Below, piece after piece: positions 52,101 to 64,000 of a DNA stretch of 64,000 nt. Every line of letters starts with the position of its first letter. Position 1 is the first letter of the stretch. Source of the stretch: Octopus sinensis. Its lineage: Eukaryota. Location of the stretch: contig NC_042997.1 in the NCBI RefSeq assembly GCF_006345805.1, positions 206,336,001-206,400,000 on the forward strand, given 5' to 3'. The notes beneath the pieces were generated by a model that saw only the letters and a program-made list of their open reading frames with translations, ran no database searches and was not told the DNA's origin. The position numbers and the translations under genes are program-made.

Positions 52101-54400
52101 TTCCAGTGATGTTTATGGTCAATAAAATAAGTACCAGTTGAGCACTGGGGTTGACGTAATTGACTTAGCCACTCTCCTGAAATTGCTGGCCTTGTGCCAA
52201 AATTTGAAACCAACATTCCAGTGATGTTTATGGTCAATAAAATAAGTACCAGCTGAGCACTGGGGTTGACGTAATTGACAGCCACTCTCCTGAAATTGCT
52301 GGCCTTGTGCCAAAATTTGAAACCAAAATTCCATTCATGTTTATGGTCAATAAAATAAGTACCAGCTGAGCACTGGGGTTGACGTAATTGACTTAGCCAC
52401 TCTCCTGAAATTGCTGGCCTTGTGCCAAAATTTGAAACAACATTCCAGTGATGTTTATGGTCAATAAAATAAGTACCAGTTGAGCACTGCGGTTGATGTA
52501 ATTGACTTATCACTCTCCCGAAATTGCTGGTTTGTGCCAAAATTTGAAACAAAATTCCAGTGATGTTTATGGTCAATAAAATAAGTACCAGTTGAGCACT
52601 GGGGTGATGTAATTGACTTAGCCACTCTCCTGAAATTGCTGGCCTTGTGCCAAAATTTGAAACCAACATTCCAGTGATGTTTATGGTCAATAAAATAAGT
52701 ACCAGTTGAGCACTGCGGTTGATGTAATTGACTTAGCCACTCTCCTGAAATTGCTGGCCTTGTGCCAAAATTTGAAACCAACATTCCAGTGATGTTTATG
52801 GTCAATAAAATAAGTACCAGTTGAGCACTGGGGTTGATGTAATTGACTTAGACACTCTCCTGAAATTGCTGGCCTTGTGCCAAAATTTGAAACCAACATT
52901 CCAGTGATGTTTATGGTCAATAAAATAAGTACCAGTTGAGCACTGGGGTTGATGTAATTGACTTAGCCACTCTCCTGAAATTGCTGGCCTTGTGCCAAAA
53001 TTTGAAACCAAAATTACAGTGATGTTTATGGTCAATAAAATAAGTACCAGTTGAGCACTGCGGTTGATGTAATTGACTTAGCCACTCTCCTGAAATTGCT
53101 GGCCTTGTGTCAAAATTTGAAACCAACATTCAGTGATGTTTATGGTCAATAAAATAAGTACCAGTTGAGCACTGGGGTTGATGTAATTGACTTAGACACT
53201 CTCCTGAATTGCTGGCCTTGTGTCAAAATTTGAAACCAACATTCCAGTGATGTTTATGGTCAATAAAATAAGTACCAATTGAGCACTGGGGTTGATGTAA
53301 TTGACTTAGCCACTCTCCTGAAATTGCTGGCCTTGTGCCAAAATTGAAACCAACATTCCAGTGATGTTTATGGTCAATAAAATAAGTACCAGTTGAGCAC
53401 TGGGGTTGACGTAATTGACTTAGCCACTCTCCTGAAATTGCTGGCCTTGTGCCAAAATTTGAAACCAAAATTCCATTCATGTTTATGGTCAATAAAATAA
53501 GTACCAGCTGAGCACTGGGGTTGACGTAATTGACAGCCACTCTCCTGAAATTGCTGGCCTTGTGCCATAATTTGAAACCAAAATTCCATTCATGTTTATG
53601 GTCAATAAAATAAGTACCAGCTGAGCACTGGGGTTGACGTAATTGACTTAGCCACTCTCCTGAAATTGCTGGCCTTGTGCCAAAATTTGAAACCAAAATT
53701 CCATTCATGTTTATGGTCAATAAAATAAGTACCAGTTGTGCACTGGGGTTGATGTAATTGACTTAGTTACACTCCTGAAATTGCTGGCCTTGTGCCATAA
53801 TTTGAAACCAACATTCCAGTGATGTTTATAGTCAATAAAATAAGTACCAATTGAGCACTGGGGTTGATGTAATTGACTTAGCCACTCTCCTGAAATTGCT
53901 GGCCTTGTGTCAAAATTTGAAACCAACATTCCAGTGATGTTTATGGTCAATAAAATAAGTACCAATTGAGCACTGGGGTTGATGTAATTGACTTAGCCAC
54001 TCTCCTGAAATTGCTGGCCTTGTGCCAAAATTTGAAACCAACATTCCAGTGATGTTTATGGTCAATAAAATAAGTACCAGTTGAGCACTGGGGTTGACGT
54101 AATTGACTTAGCCACTCTCCTGAAATTGCTGGCCTTGTGCCAAAATTTGAAACCAAAATTCCATTCATGTTTATGGTCAATAAAATAGTACCAGCTGAGC
54201 ACTGGGGTTGACGTAATTGACTTAGCCACTCTCCTGAAATTGCTGGCCTTGTGCCAAAATTTGAAACCAAAATTCCATTCATGTTTATGGTCAATAAAAT
54301 AAGTACCAGTTGAGCACTGGGGTTGATGTAATTGACTTAGCCACTCTCCTGAAATTGCTGGCCTTGTGCCAAAATTTGAAACCAAAATTCCGGTGATATT
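49165..54400. repeat. Tandem satellite, ~45 x 115 bp, SINE-derived
   Basis: Unit gtcaataaaataagtaccagttgagcactggggttgatgtaattgacttagccactctcctgaaattgctggccttgtgccaaaatttgaaaccaa(a/c)attccagtgatgtttatg. Confidence 0.98.
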
Positions 54401-54607
54401 TCTAGTATTTATTATAATTAATAGACATAGTGTTTACTTAGTATCAGTTAAATATTGATTATATTTTTCTGTTTGCTAACTTATTATAATAATAACATAT
54501 AACTTTGTCTTCAAATATTTTTCTGTATTTACTCACTGAACTCCCCAGTTCACCCCTTTTATCTCACTAACGAAATGATTTTATCTTTTTACTTTTTCAT
54601 AATTTAG

Positions 54608-56133
54608 TTGTGCTGGATGTTTGTAGCAGAGATCATATACTGCAAAATGTGGAGTTAGATGTTCAACCGTTCTGGGAACCATGTGAAGAAAATACCATTT
54701 CAAGCCAGCAAGTCCATGACTATTTACTACCTTCCAAGTTCCATCTGACTTTCTTACAGAAACATAAAATCATAGTTAATGACCAATTAAAGAGATGGGC
54801 TGAAGTAATTTGGAAAGATTCCAAGTTAATAAACTGAAATTAAAATATTCTGAAGAAAATTTTGAATAAATTGAACAGTGCCTGGAAGATTTATTAAATT
54901 CCATTACTATTGAAACTATTGATGTTCCAAATGATATTTTTTAAGACATTTTTGGAACATTTAAGAGTCAAGCTGACCAGAGGCACTTTTATTTTGATAA
55001 CCGAAATTTCCAAGCTAATATTTTGGGAATTGATAAAAGTAACATGATTAAATTTAAAAACAAACTTTTGGATTACTTTAGAAGGATATATGAGGATGAT
55101 TTAAGTATTCATGAAAGACGTATTCTATCTGGTCTCAGATTTTTTGAGCAGGCAGAAAGACAATCTGAAGATCTACAAGTCAGGATTCATGGTAACAAAG
55201 TTATTTTTGAAGGCCAGTATTCCGAAGTAGCTACTTGTCACAAGTATATGTATAAAATTCTTCAGTCAATTGTTAAATCTGAATTGTGTTTGCCTTTAAA
55301 TACTGGAATGATCATAAATAAAAAAACAGAATATCTTGATGAAAAACTGAGAAACAAGAAATGTATCGGTTCATGGGAAACGGGTGATGGTGATTCAGTA
55401 TTACTTTATGCAAGTGATAAAACACATCTTTCACTTTTGGAAGAAATCATGAAAGAAACTTTTGTTGCCAATACACTGGATTTTGTGGACAAAATTAAGG
55501 ATACTCCAAATCATGGAAAGTGGCTGACATTTGTTGAAAGTCTAAAAGAAGAGTTTCCAGATTTCTGTTTTATTGGAGAAGATTCTATTGTTGCTGTTGA
55601 TGCTGTAGTTAATGCTATAAAAACCAAAATTGATAACTTTAAGCAATCTTTAATTTACGAATCTTATATATCGATGAATCTTGCACATTTCCTCTTTCTT
55701 AAAGAGTTCAAAGAACAGGAAATCAATGACTTTAGTGAGAAAAATAAAATAAAGAATGTGTGTCTCAAAGATAATAAGTTACACCTGGAAGGAACACAAA
55801 ACCAAATTAGGAAAATGGAAACATTTATAGAAAACTTAAGAAAAGATATCAGCTCAAAAGAAGAAAACTTTGAAATGTTTGGACTTCAAGAATTTCTGGA
55901 AAGTGAAGAAGGAAAGAATTTCTTGTGTGAAATGCAAAAGAAATCTGAGAGTATAATATTAAATTCAAATTTAGGAAGTGAAACAGAAGAAATAGTTAAT
56001 GTTGATTATAAGAACTGTGAAATAGTGTTGAGGGAAGGTGACATCACGACTCTGGACACAGATGCTATTGTTAATGCTGCAAATGGCAGACTGGAACACA
56101 GGGGAGGAGTTGCTGCAGCCATTGTGCAGAAAG
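54608..56133 (+). pseudogene. Large PARP14/PARP9-like exon (RRM tail, KH-like region, start of MacroD-type macrodomain), disrupted in this assembly
   Basis: Long pyrimidine tract and tttAG acceptor. Begins 'VLDVCSRDHILQNVELDVQPF'; frameshift near 54825-54835; TAA at 54867 and 54942; then open to 'IVLREGDITTLDTDAIVNAANGRLEHRGGVAAAIVQKG'|GTTAGT. Confidence 0.8.
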
Positions 56134-56179
56134 GTTAGTAATACCATTTTTTATAATTAATGTTTCTTTTTAGATCCAA

Positions 56180-56330
56180 GTGTGGTTGAGAAGCTAATTT
56201 CCTGATCATGTGGTTTCAGGTTCAATTCCACTCACAGCATTTTGGAAAAGTGTCCTCTGTTATAGGTCAGTGATTGGCCAAAGCCTTGGGAGTGGATTTC
56301 GTTGATAGAAACTGAAAGAAGCTCATCATT
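56180..56330 (+). mobile_element. tRNA-derived SINE (second family), degenerate
   Basis: gtgtggttgagaagc...caggttcaattcca...ggccaaagccttg.gagtggattt...gaaactgaaagaagc; a reverse copy lies near 14820-14970. Confidence 0.55.
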
Positions 56331-56369
56331 TATATATATACATATACATAAATATATATATACATAGAG

Positions 56370-58266
56370 TTGGAATTTGCAGAAAAACAGAAGACAAAGA
56401 CAGGTGTATAAACAACAAACAGATATATTAGTTTAATGCTTGGGAAGGTGAGAAAGGCTTTTATGTTATGAACCTATGCTTTCCAACAGAAAGGAACAAA
56501 GAGAGAATAAAAAAAGCTTTAGGGGCTTACAGCCAATCATAGCAGCTGGCTGGACAGAGGTAGTTAGACAGGAGAACTAAGAAGAAGGGGAGATAATAAA
56601 GTATTGGTGATCCCAAAACGAAGGTGCACATGCATGTGAGAGTGTATGTGTGCATTTGGATAGGGATGACTGGTGACCTTGACATGTGGATGTTTGCGTA
56701 TGTAAGTGTGTGCGTCTGTAATGTGTGGGTGCTGGGAAGTGGTCAGTGCTAGTGTATACAGAGTGATATGATTTGGTATGGTGGGGATGTGAGGGTGGGG
56801 TGAGGATGTGGGATATATGGGGGTCTGGGTGTGGATGGAGGGGAAGATGGATAGTAGTGAAGAGAGGAAGTAGGTGTCAGGGCAAGAGAGGAGAGGAGAG
56901 GTGGGTACGAGTGAAGAAAGGAAGTAGGTGTGAGATAAAGAAAGGAGAGAGGAGGGAAGTCAGATGAAGAGGGTAGGGGAGTTGAGCCCATGTGATGCAA
57001 AAGAGCGAAGAGAGAAGATTAATTCCTGTTCATAGCAAAGGTGGGAGTCTGGTTGGCCTCTGTGCAAAGACAGTCCAAACACAGTCAGGTGTTGTAATGC
57101 ATGACTGGCAGAGTGGAAAAGGCGCTAGACCGGTGTGTCATTACCAATTCTTATGTTTCAGAGGTATTCCGTGAACCAGTCAACCAAATGGCATCGCATT
57201 TGACCGATGTATAGAGAAGGACAGAGAGAGAGCAGGAGATTTAATAAATGATGTTGCTAGAAGTGCATGTAAAGGAGTCAGTGATATGATAGGGTCGATG
57301 ATGGATGCCTGTGAGGATGGTGGTGTTGGAGAAGTAGGGGCAAGTGTGTCAGCATGGGCAGGAGCAAGGGAACAAGCCAGGTTGGAAGGTGGAAGGGAAG
57401 AAACTGTGGACCAGGAGGTCATGTAGGTTGTGGGCTTGTTTGAACGAGGGGAGGGGTAGGTTGGGGAAGATGTGCGAAGTGGAGGGGTTGGACTGGAGTT
57501 GTCGGAAGGCTTGGAGAATGGTGCATTGGAGAAGCAGGGTGGAGGGGTGGTAGGTGAGGGGAAACAAGCAACAGGTAATGCCAGGGTGGGTGTGGGGAAA
57601 GAGAGCAGAGGCACAGTCCACAGAATATGCTTTGGCAAGGGCTGTGTGGATATTGGTGAGCTGATATCCACGAAGGATGAAGTGGCAAGCCATGAGTTGA
57701 AACTGAGTCTCAAAGTCATGGTTGTCACTGCAGATCCTGCACAGATGGAGGAATTGGGAGTAGGTAGGGTGGGAGGAGGAGAAGTTGAGAGTTGTTGTGT
57801 TTGTAGTGGATGGAGGTGGTGAGAGTGGAGTGGTGATTGTTGACCAAAATATCTAGAAACGCAATGGAAGTGTTGGAAATGGTGCAGGAGAATTTGAGGG
57901 CAGGATGGAATATTTGAACAAAAGAGAGGAAGGAGTCTAGTTGTTCAAAGGAGAGTGTCGTCACACTGTTACAGTCATCAATATAACGACCGTATAATTC
58001 GGGAGTGGGACCAGTGAATCTTGAAAATATTTGGGCCTCGGCGTAGCCAACGAACAGGTTTGCATAATTGGAGCCAATTCTCATTCCCATGACCATGCTC
58101 GAAACCTATTGGTAAAACTCCCCCATGAACAAGAAACATTTGAGGGAGAAGACAAGTTTGGCCAGACAAAGAAGTGTGGATATGTCAGCGGGTTAGGTCG
58201 AAGGTCTAGGTAATGTTTGAGGGCAAGAAGTCCTTCATGTTATGTGATTACTGTATAGAGACTCTT
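56370..58266 (-). mobile_element. Penelope-like element, 5'-truncated (RT, GIY-YIG and terminal region)
   Basis: 'KSLYTVI' (~58245-58266), 'MGMRIGSNYANLFVG...YGRYIDD...IAFLDI', and GIY-YIG-like 'TCTSSNIIY...CSLCPSLYIGQ' near 57200-57270. Confidence 0.8.
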
Positions 58267-58276
58267 ATACATACAT

Positions 58277-61200
58277 TAATTAATTAATTAATTAATTAAT
58301 GTTCGTCCTTCGGGTTCGAAGATGACCATTGACATCATTTGGTGGAATTGCTGCTATGAGACCGGAGGTGGCTGGTGAGGCCAATCCGGGCAAGGAAGCC
58401 CCTCCCACAGGTGGGGCAGAAGTGGGTAGGGGCTGTGCTATTGGTGCAGGTGGCTCTGGCTTTCCACATCTGGCGTTTCTGTTCTGCTGACTGAATCCGT
58501 CTCTCCTCGGCTGTCTTTGCTCCTGTGGTGATTGCGCTGCGCCAGGATGAGTGGTCGGCAGCAAGTGTCTCCCAAGTCTCTGTGCCGATGGAGAAGTCTT
58601 TGAGAGAGACTTTGAGACTGTCCTTGAAGCGCTTCTTCTGCCCTCCGACTTTGCATTTTCCCTGGCTGAGTTCACCGTAGAAGAGCCGTTTTGGGATGCG
58701 AGTGTCGGACATACGGGAGACGTGGCCCGCCTATCTCAGCTGGGCCTTGCGCATGATCGTGATGGTGCTAGGGAGATCTGCCTGCTTCAGAACTTCCATG
58801 TCTGGGACTTTGTCCTGCCAGCGGATGTGAAGGAGGTTCCGAAGACACCTGAGGTGGAAGTGGTTTATCTGGCGCTCGTGCCTTCGGTAAGCAGTCCACA
58901 TGTCGCAGCCGTATAGTAGGGTGGTAAGCACGACTGCCCAGTAGACTTTCAGCTTGGTGTTGAGGCTGATTCCTCTCCGCTCCCAGACTTTCTTTCGCAG
59001 TCTCCCAAATGCGCTGCTTGCCTTGGAGATTCTGTTGATGATTTCAGCATCTATGTTGGCATTGCAGGAGAGAGTGCTGCCCAGGTAGGTGAAGTTTTCC
59101 ACTGCTCGTAGGATCCGTCCGTTCACCTTTATCTGAGGCTCATGGTATTGTTTGCCGGGGGCTGGCTGAAACATCACTTCGGTTTTCTTGGCACTGATGG
59201 TGAGACCGAAGTTGACACAGGCTGATGAGAACCTGTCCATCCCGAGCTGCATCTCCTGCTCATCGATTGCATTAAAGGCGCAGTCGTCAGCAAAGAGAAA
59301 GTCTCTGACGTCTGTCTCCCTCACCTTTGTGATGGCCTGCAATCTTCTGGAGTTGAAAAGTTTCCCGTCCGTCCTGTACTTGATGTCGATACCGGACTTG
59401 CAGTCCCTGAAGGCGTCGGACAGCATTGCTGAGAACATGATGCTGAACAGTGTTGGGGCCAGCACACAGCCCTGCCTGACTCCGTTGGTCACCTGGAAGG
59501 CTTCAGATGAGTTGCCGTCTTCAAGGACTCTGGCTGTCATTCTGTCGTGGAACTGGCGGACAATTGCAATAAATTTGCTGGGGCAACCAAATTTTCCCCA
59601 TGACCTTCCAGAGTCCCTCCCGACTGACTGTATCGAAAGCCCTGGTGAGGTCAACAAAGGTCATGCAGAGGTCAAGGTGCTGTTCCATGCATTTCTCCTG
59701 GAGCTGGCGGGCGACGAATATCATGTCAGTGGTCCCTCGACCTGCGCGGAAGCCACACTGGCACTCAGGGAGAAGGCCTTGCTCCAAGTGTTCCAGAAGG
59801 CGGTCAAGCAGGACTCGGGCCAGGATCTTGCCTGCTATGGACAAGAGGGAGATTCCTCGGTGGTTGTCGCAGGACTGCCGATCTCCTTTCCGCTTATAAA
59901 TGTGGATGATTGTTGCGTCCCGGAAATCTTGAGGGAGTTGTTCCCTGTCCCACATCGACTGGAACAGGCTGGTGAGCTGACTGATCATGGTGGGGCCGCC
60001 TGACTTGAACACCTCTGCAGGGATGGCGTCAGAGCCTGGAGCTTTGCCGGTGGACAATTTTTTGATGGCTCTGCTCACTTCCTCGACTGCAGGGGGAACA
60101 GCCAGCTCGTGGTTTGTCGGCACCTGGGGGAGTCGTGCGATGGCTTCCTCGTTGATCTGGGCTGGTCGGTTGAGCACGATGTTGAAATGCTCCGCCCATC
60201 TCTCCAGGATCAGCCTCTTGTTAGTCAGGAGTGAGGTTCCATCCGAGCTGAGCAGGGGGGTTGATCCAAAGGAGGACTGCAGTCCATAGACAGCTTTCAG
60301 CACCTCATAGAATTTCTTGGTGTCGTGTTTGTCTGCATATCCCTGAATCTCATCCGCCTTGGCGCTTAACCATGCGTCTTTCATGAGGCGGAGTTTTGCC
60401 TGGACTGTGCTGCGAATGTTGTTGAAAGCAGCCTTCTTTGCCGTGCAGGTGGTGTCATTTTGGTGGGCCCACAGCAAACGGTGTTTCTCTTCCAGGAGCT
60501 TTTGGATTTCCTGGTCGTTTTCGTCGAACCAGTCCTGGTGGTTCCTCGTAACTTGGCCTAGAGTTTCAAGGGCGATGGAATGAACCGTGTCCCTGAATGA
60601 TTCCCACTGCTCATCGATGCTGGATTGGTCATTCCAAATGTCCAACAGCTTGCTGTCCATACGTGACTGGAGATCTTGTGCAGTCAGCTGGTTCTCTAAT
60701 TTCGTGATGTTAAGCTTCCTCGTCACTTTCTGACCCGCGGTCTTCTCTTAGGTTGGATGTAGAAATCTATCCTGGAGATGATGAGGCGATGGTCCGTCCA
60801 GCAATCAGCTCCACGCATGGCTTTGACCAGTCTCACGTCCCGCCTGTCTTTCGCCCTGACGATGACGTAATCTATCAGATGCCAGTGTTTGGAGCATGGA
60901 TGCATCCATGATGTCTTGTTGCGTGTTGGCAGACGGAACAAGGTGTTGGCGATGCTAAGATCATGAGAGGCACACGCATGCAGGATGAGCTGCCCGTTGT
61001 TGCTGCACTTTCCGATTCCTTGCTTTCCCAGTACGCGATGCCAGGCTTGGTGGTCAGTCCCGACACGGGCGTTAAAGTCCCCAAGGAGGATGAGCTTCCC
61101 AGGCTGGGCTGACGTGATGAGGGAGTCGAGTTCCTCATAGAACCTGTCCTTAACTTCTTCAGGGTTGGTCATGGTGGGGGCGTAAGCGCTGATGATGGTC

Positions 61201-62264
61201 GCACTAGTCTTGTTTCCAAGTGGGAGCTGCATCTTCATCAGCCAATCGTTGATACCCTCGGGGGGGGGGGGCTTTCCAGTTTCCGCACGTGTACTGACTT
61301 GATGGCAAAACCAACACCAGCCTCACAATGCTCTTCGCCGCTGCGACCACTCCAAAAGAAAGTGTAGCCGCCGCCTGTCTCCTTCAGCTGGCCTTTGTCC
61401 GCAAGGCGGGTCTCGCTCAGTGCTGTGATATCGACATTGTATTGGCTCAGTTCTCTGGCCACCAGGGCAGTTCGTCTCGCTGGTCTGTCCGCTTTGGTGT
61501 TGTCAAGCAGAGTTCTCACGTTCCAAGTTGCGAAATCAGCACCTTTGTTCGTTTTCTTTCTTTGTTTCGACCGCTTGGAAAGGATCCCCGCCAGCCGCAG
61601 TTTGCTGACCAGGGTGAGGTGAGGCAGGCTATGTTTAGGGCAACCTTTTCTAGCCCCGTCCTCATGCTGCGGAGGCGAGCAGAGCGATCCTGAAGAGGGC
61701 TGCTCGGTCACTCAGGAGGCTGCTGGACTCCACTGCTGCCTCAGTTCAGTGAGGGGCAACCACATGTCCTGAGCCGCCTGTGTGGGGGTTCACGACTGCA
61801 GCTCCCAGTGTATCCTCACCTGCTACTTCGCCGTTTCCCCATCGCCACAGGACTTTGTGATGTTGGTGTCATGATGTCATGACGTGCGCGTGACTTGGAT
61901 TATAGTGAGGGTGACTTGCGCAGGATCAGCCTCACTCTCTCGTCCTGGTACGCCGGATCCAGTGGCAAGACAAAGTCAAGACGGCTGGGGGTAGACCAGG
62001 ATACAGGAGCTGCCGGAAGGTGGCACGCATGGCGCAATCCAACCGCCTTAGGGGCTCCACTCCGGATTTTCGATGGCCATTGACTCATGAGAGAGTTCCT
62101 CTGCCCTTTGACAGGTTTTGTTTTTAGTCCTGCTGGGTGTTCAAATCACCCTCCTCACCAAGAAATCTTGGTGGGGTTGCCAGTTTAGTCGCCAACGACC
62201 CGACCATGTAACAGGTTGTACTGGGTTACATGTTACCAGTAGCTCCAAGCGGAGACCTGACATA
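58277..62264 (-). mobile_element. Young, near full-length RTE-BovB-like LINE (single ORF broken by a few lesions), (ATTA)n tail
   Basis: ORF pieces 61238-61711 ('ATWNVRTL...LSETRL'), 60723-61238 ('GDFNARVG...IDYV...TDHRL'), 59521-60726 and 58731-59657 ('GVRQGCVLAPTLF...LFADD'), and 58335-58712 with a C2H2 finger 'CPTCGRGF...HLRSH'. Possible low-complexity TSD tatacatacat (58266-76 / 62265-75). Confidence 0.93.
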
Positions 62265-63129
62265 TATACATACATACACACACACACATACACACATATA
62301 CACATACACACACACATACATACATACATAGAATATTCACTCTTTAATTATTGTGAAGTCATATGAAATTCTTCTTTTTTGTCTACATGATGTTTCAGTC
62401 ATTTGTTAGTGTGCATACTTGCACTTTAAAGTGCATTATGGTGTAATGAATAACTAATGGCCTCTTTTGGGCATTTTAACTGCTACTTTTCATTTCTCTT
62501 GAATAGAGAGTTATTCCAACCAAATGGCAAAACCTTTGTTCCATAGTGGATACTGCTCTAAAAATAGTTCAAGGGATTTGTATTCACTCTCACACACATG
62601 ATTAAAACAGTGTGGCATTTTAAACTTGATAAAATCCCTGCTTTATAAATATGCAAGGCTTTTGTTATCATGTGTGTGGGAGTGGGCAGTGTTAATATAG
62701 ATGTTACGCATTAATTTAATGTGTTGAACTTATATTTATTAATGTATATCGAATTATACATAGATATATACAAGATCTGATATACACATACATTATCATC
62801 ATCATTTAACTTCCCCTTTCCATGCTAGCATGGGTTGGACAGTTTAACTGAGGAGTGGCAAGCCAAGAGGCTGCACACACCACTAAATACACACACACAC
62901 ACACAAGTCTTCTGCCATTTGTCTTCCACCTCAACAGGAGTGGTTACAGTTGATAACACTTGTTTTAAAATCCTGTTTTCTGATTGGATAAAAAATTTTT
63001 CACAGATCATTTCATTTCTTCATATTTCTAGTTTATGTTATGGATACCCAATTTATCGCTATCATATTTTTTTATCCTCATAATATCTATTTAACATTTT
63101 ATTATATTAACCTTAAGTTTCCAGGCAAA

Positions 63130-63882
63130 GGTAAAGGTTATGTACACAATCCATTTTTGGTGATTTTTTTTTTTCTTTTTCAGATTTCTATGTTTTCGAT
63201 ATTGGAAAATATGATTTCGCCCAAAAATCACGTTTTCAAAATTTTAATTTCCCCCACTCCACCCCATTCCAATTTATTCTTAACATTTTCCAAATTGTTT
63301 TAACCCATGTAGAAAAATATAGAGATTACAAATCTGGGAAATTTTTTTAAATTTTAATTTGTCTTAAAGAAACAATCAAGGCCACCACCTCACCCACCCA
63401 CCCACCACCTCACTTTCAAAGAAACTAAAAACTCAGAACGTTTCACTTTTGTCGTATGTTTCACACATGCATAGAATTCTAGCAGATGTCAAAACTATCA
63501 AACCACCACAAAAAAACCAGCATACTGGAAACAACAGCTAAATGACATTATTTATGGAAAAACATGCCTGCTTTCTAAAAAGCTAAAAGTGAAACATTCA
63601 GAGCTTTTAGCTTTTTGAAAGTAGGGAGGTAATGGCTGGAAGGGGATTTGAGTGTTGCTTAAAATTTTTTTTTTTTAATTCTTAAAGATTCGTAATCTCT
63701 GTATTTTTGTATGTGGATTACAGAAAAAATGTTGATAAAAGTTAGAAATTAAAAAATTGAGGAGACAAAAGGATAATTAAAATTTTGAAAAATGTGTTTT
63801 TTGAGCAAAATTCTAATTTCCTATATCAAAGGCAGAAATCCAAAGAAACTTTGGAAAAAGAAAGGTGGGGTACAAATTATCC
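63130..63882. mobile_element. Old fold-back MITE with long degenerate inverted arms
   Basis: Left arm (tttcaaaattttaatt...gagattacaaatct...tttcaaagaaactaaaa...gtttcactttt) is mirrored by aaaagtgaaac...ttttagctttttgaaa...agattcgtaatctc...aattaaaattttgaaa. Confidence 0.65.
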
Positions 63883-64000
63883 AATAAAATCCTTTTTTTT
63901 AAATATCTTCTCGCTCAGGGTCATTTTCATTCTTAAAAAAACAGGGTCTGTTTTGATAGAAATAAAGAGAGCATGCATATTATGTCATTCTTTCAATTTT

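Noticed and set aside
49165-54400. CRISPR-like array, or a repetitive protein gene (the many 'MTINITG...' ORFs)
   Set aside because: There are no unique spacers; the whole 115-bp unit repeats. The unit is not a multiple of 3 and is SINE-derived, so the ORFs are artefacts. No cas genes, and the context is eukaryotic.
59188-60583. Long plus-strand ORFs
   Set aside because: Antisense shadows of the GC-rich RTE ORF.

Overview
Eukaryotic, AT-rich, transposon-saturated genomic DNA. The SINE/RTE repertoire and (CAT)n/(TA)n microsatellites look like a coleoid cephalopod (Octopus-type); this is inferred from repeat style, not proven. The only host gene I can support is a + strand PARP14/PARP9-like macrodomain locus. 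Five spliced exons at 19.9-29.5 kb encode a linker and one complete reader-type macrodomain, ending at an in-frame TAA. A large exon at 54.6-56.1 kb encodes an RRM tail, a KH-like region and the start of a MacroD-type macrodomain, and carries a frameshift and two stops. The introns hold RTE LINEs (many decayed copies of one family plus a young near-full-length BovB-like copy), a near-full-length CR1-type LINE with a CCCH-finger ORF1, and R4/Dong-, Tx1-, Penelope-, Gypsy-, Helitron- and Tc1/mariner-type relics, plus MITEs and SINEs. The most unusual structures are a ~5.2 kb, ~45-copy 115-bp satellite derived from a SINE body with higher-order periodicity, an 8x42-bp array beside a STAT/IRF/Fox/YY1-like motif cluster, head-to-head RTE 3' ends forming long inverted repeats, and a MITE with an exact 8-bp TSD. 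There is a 100-N assembly gap at 39938-40037. No CRISPR or prokaryotic system is present.
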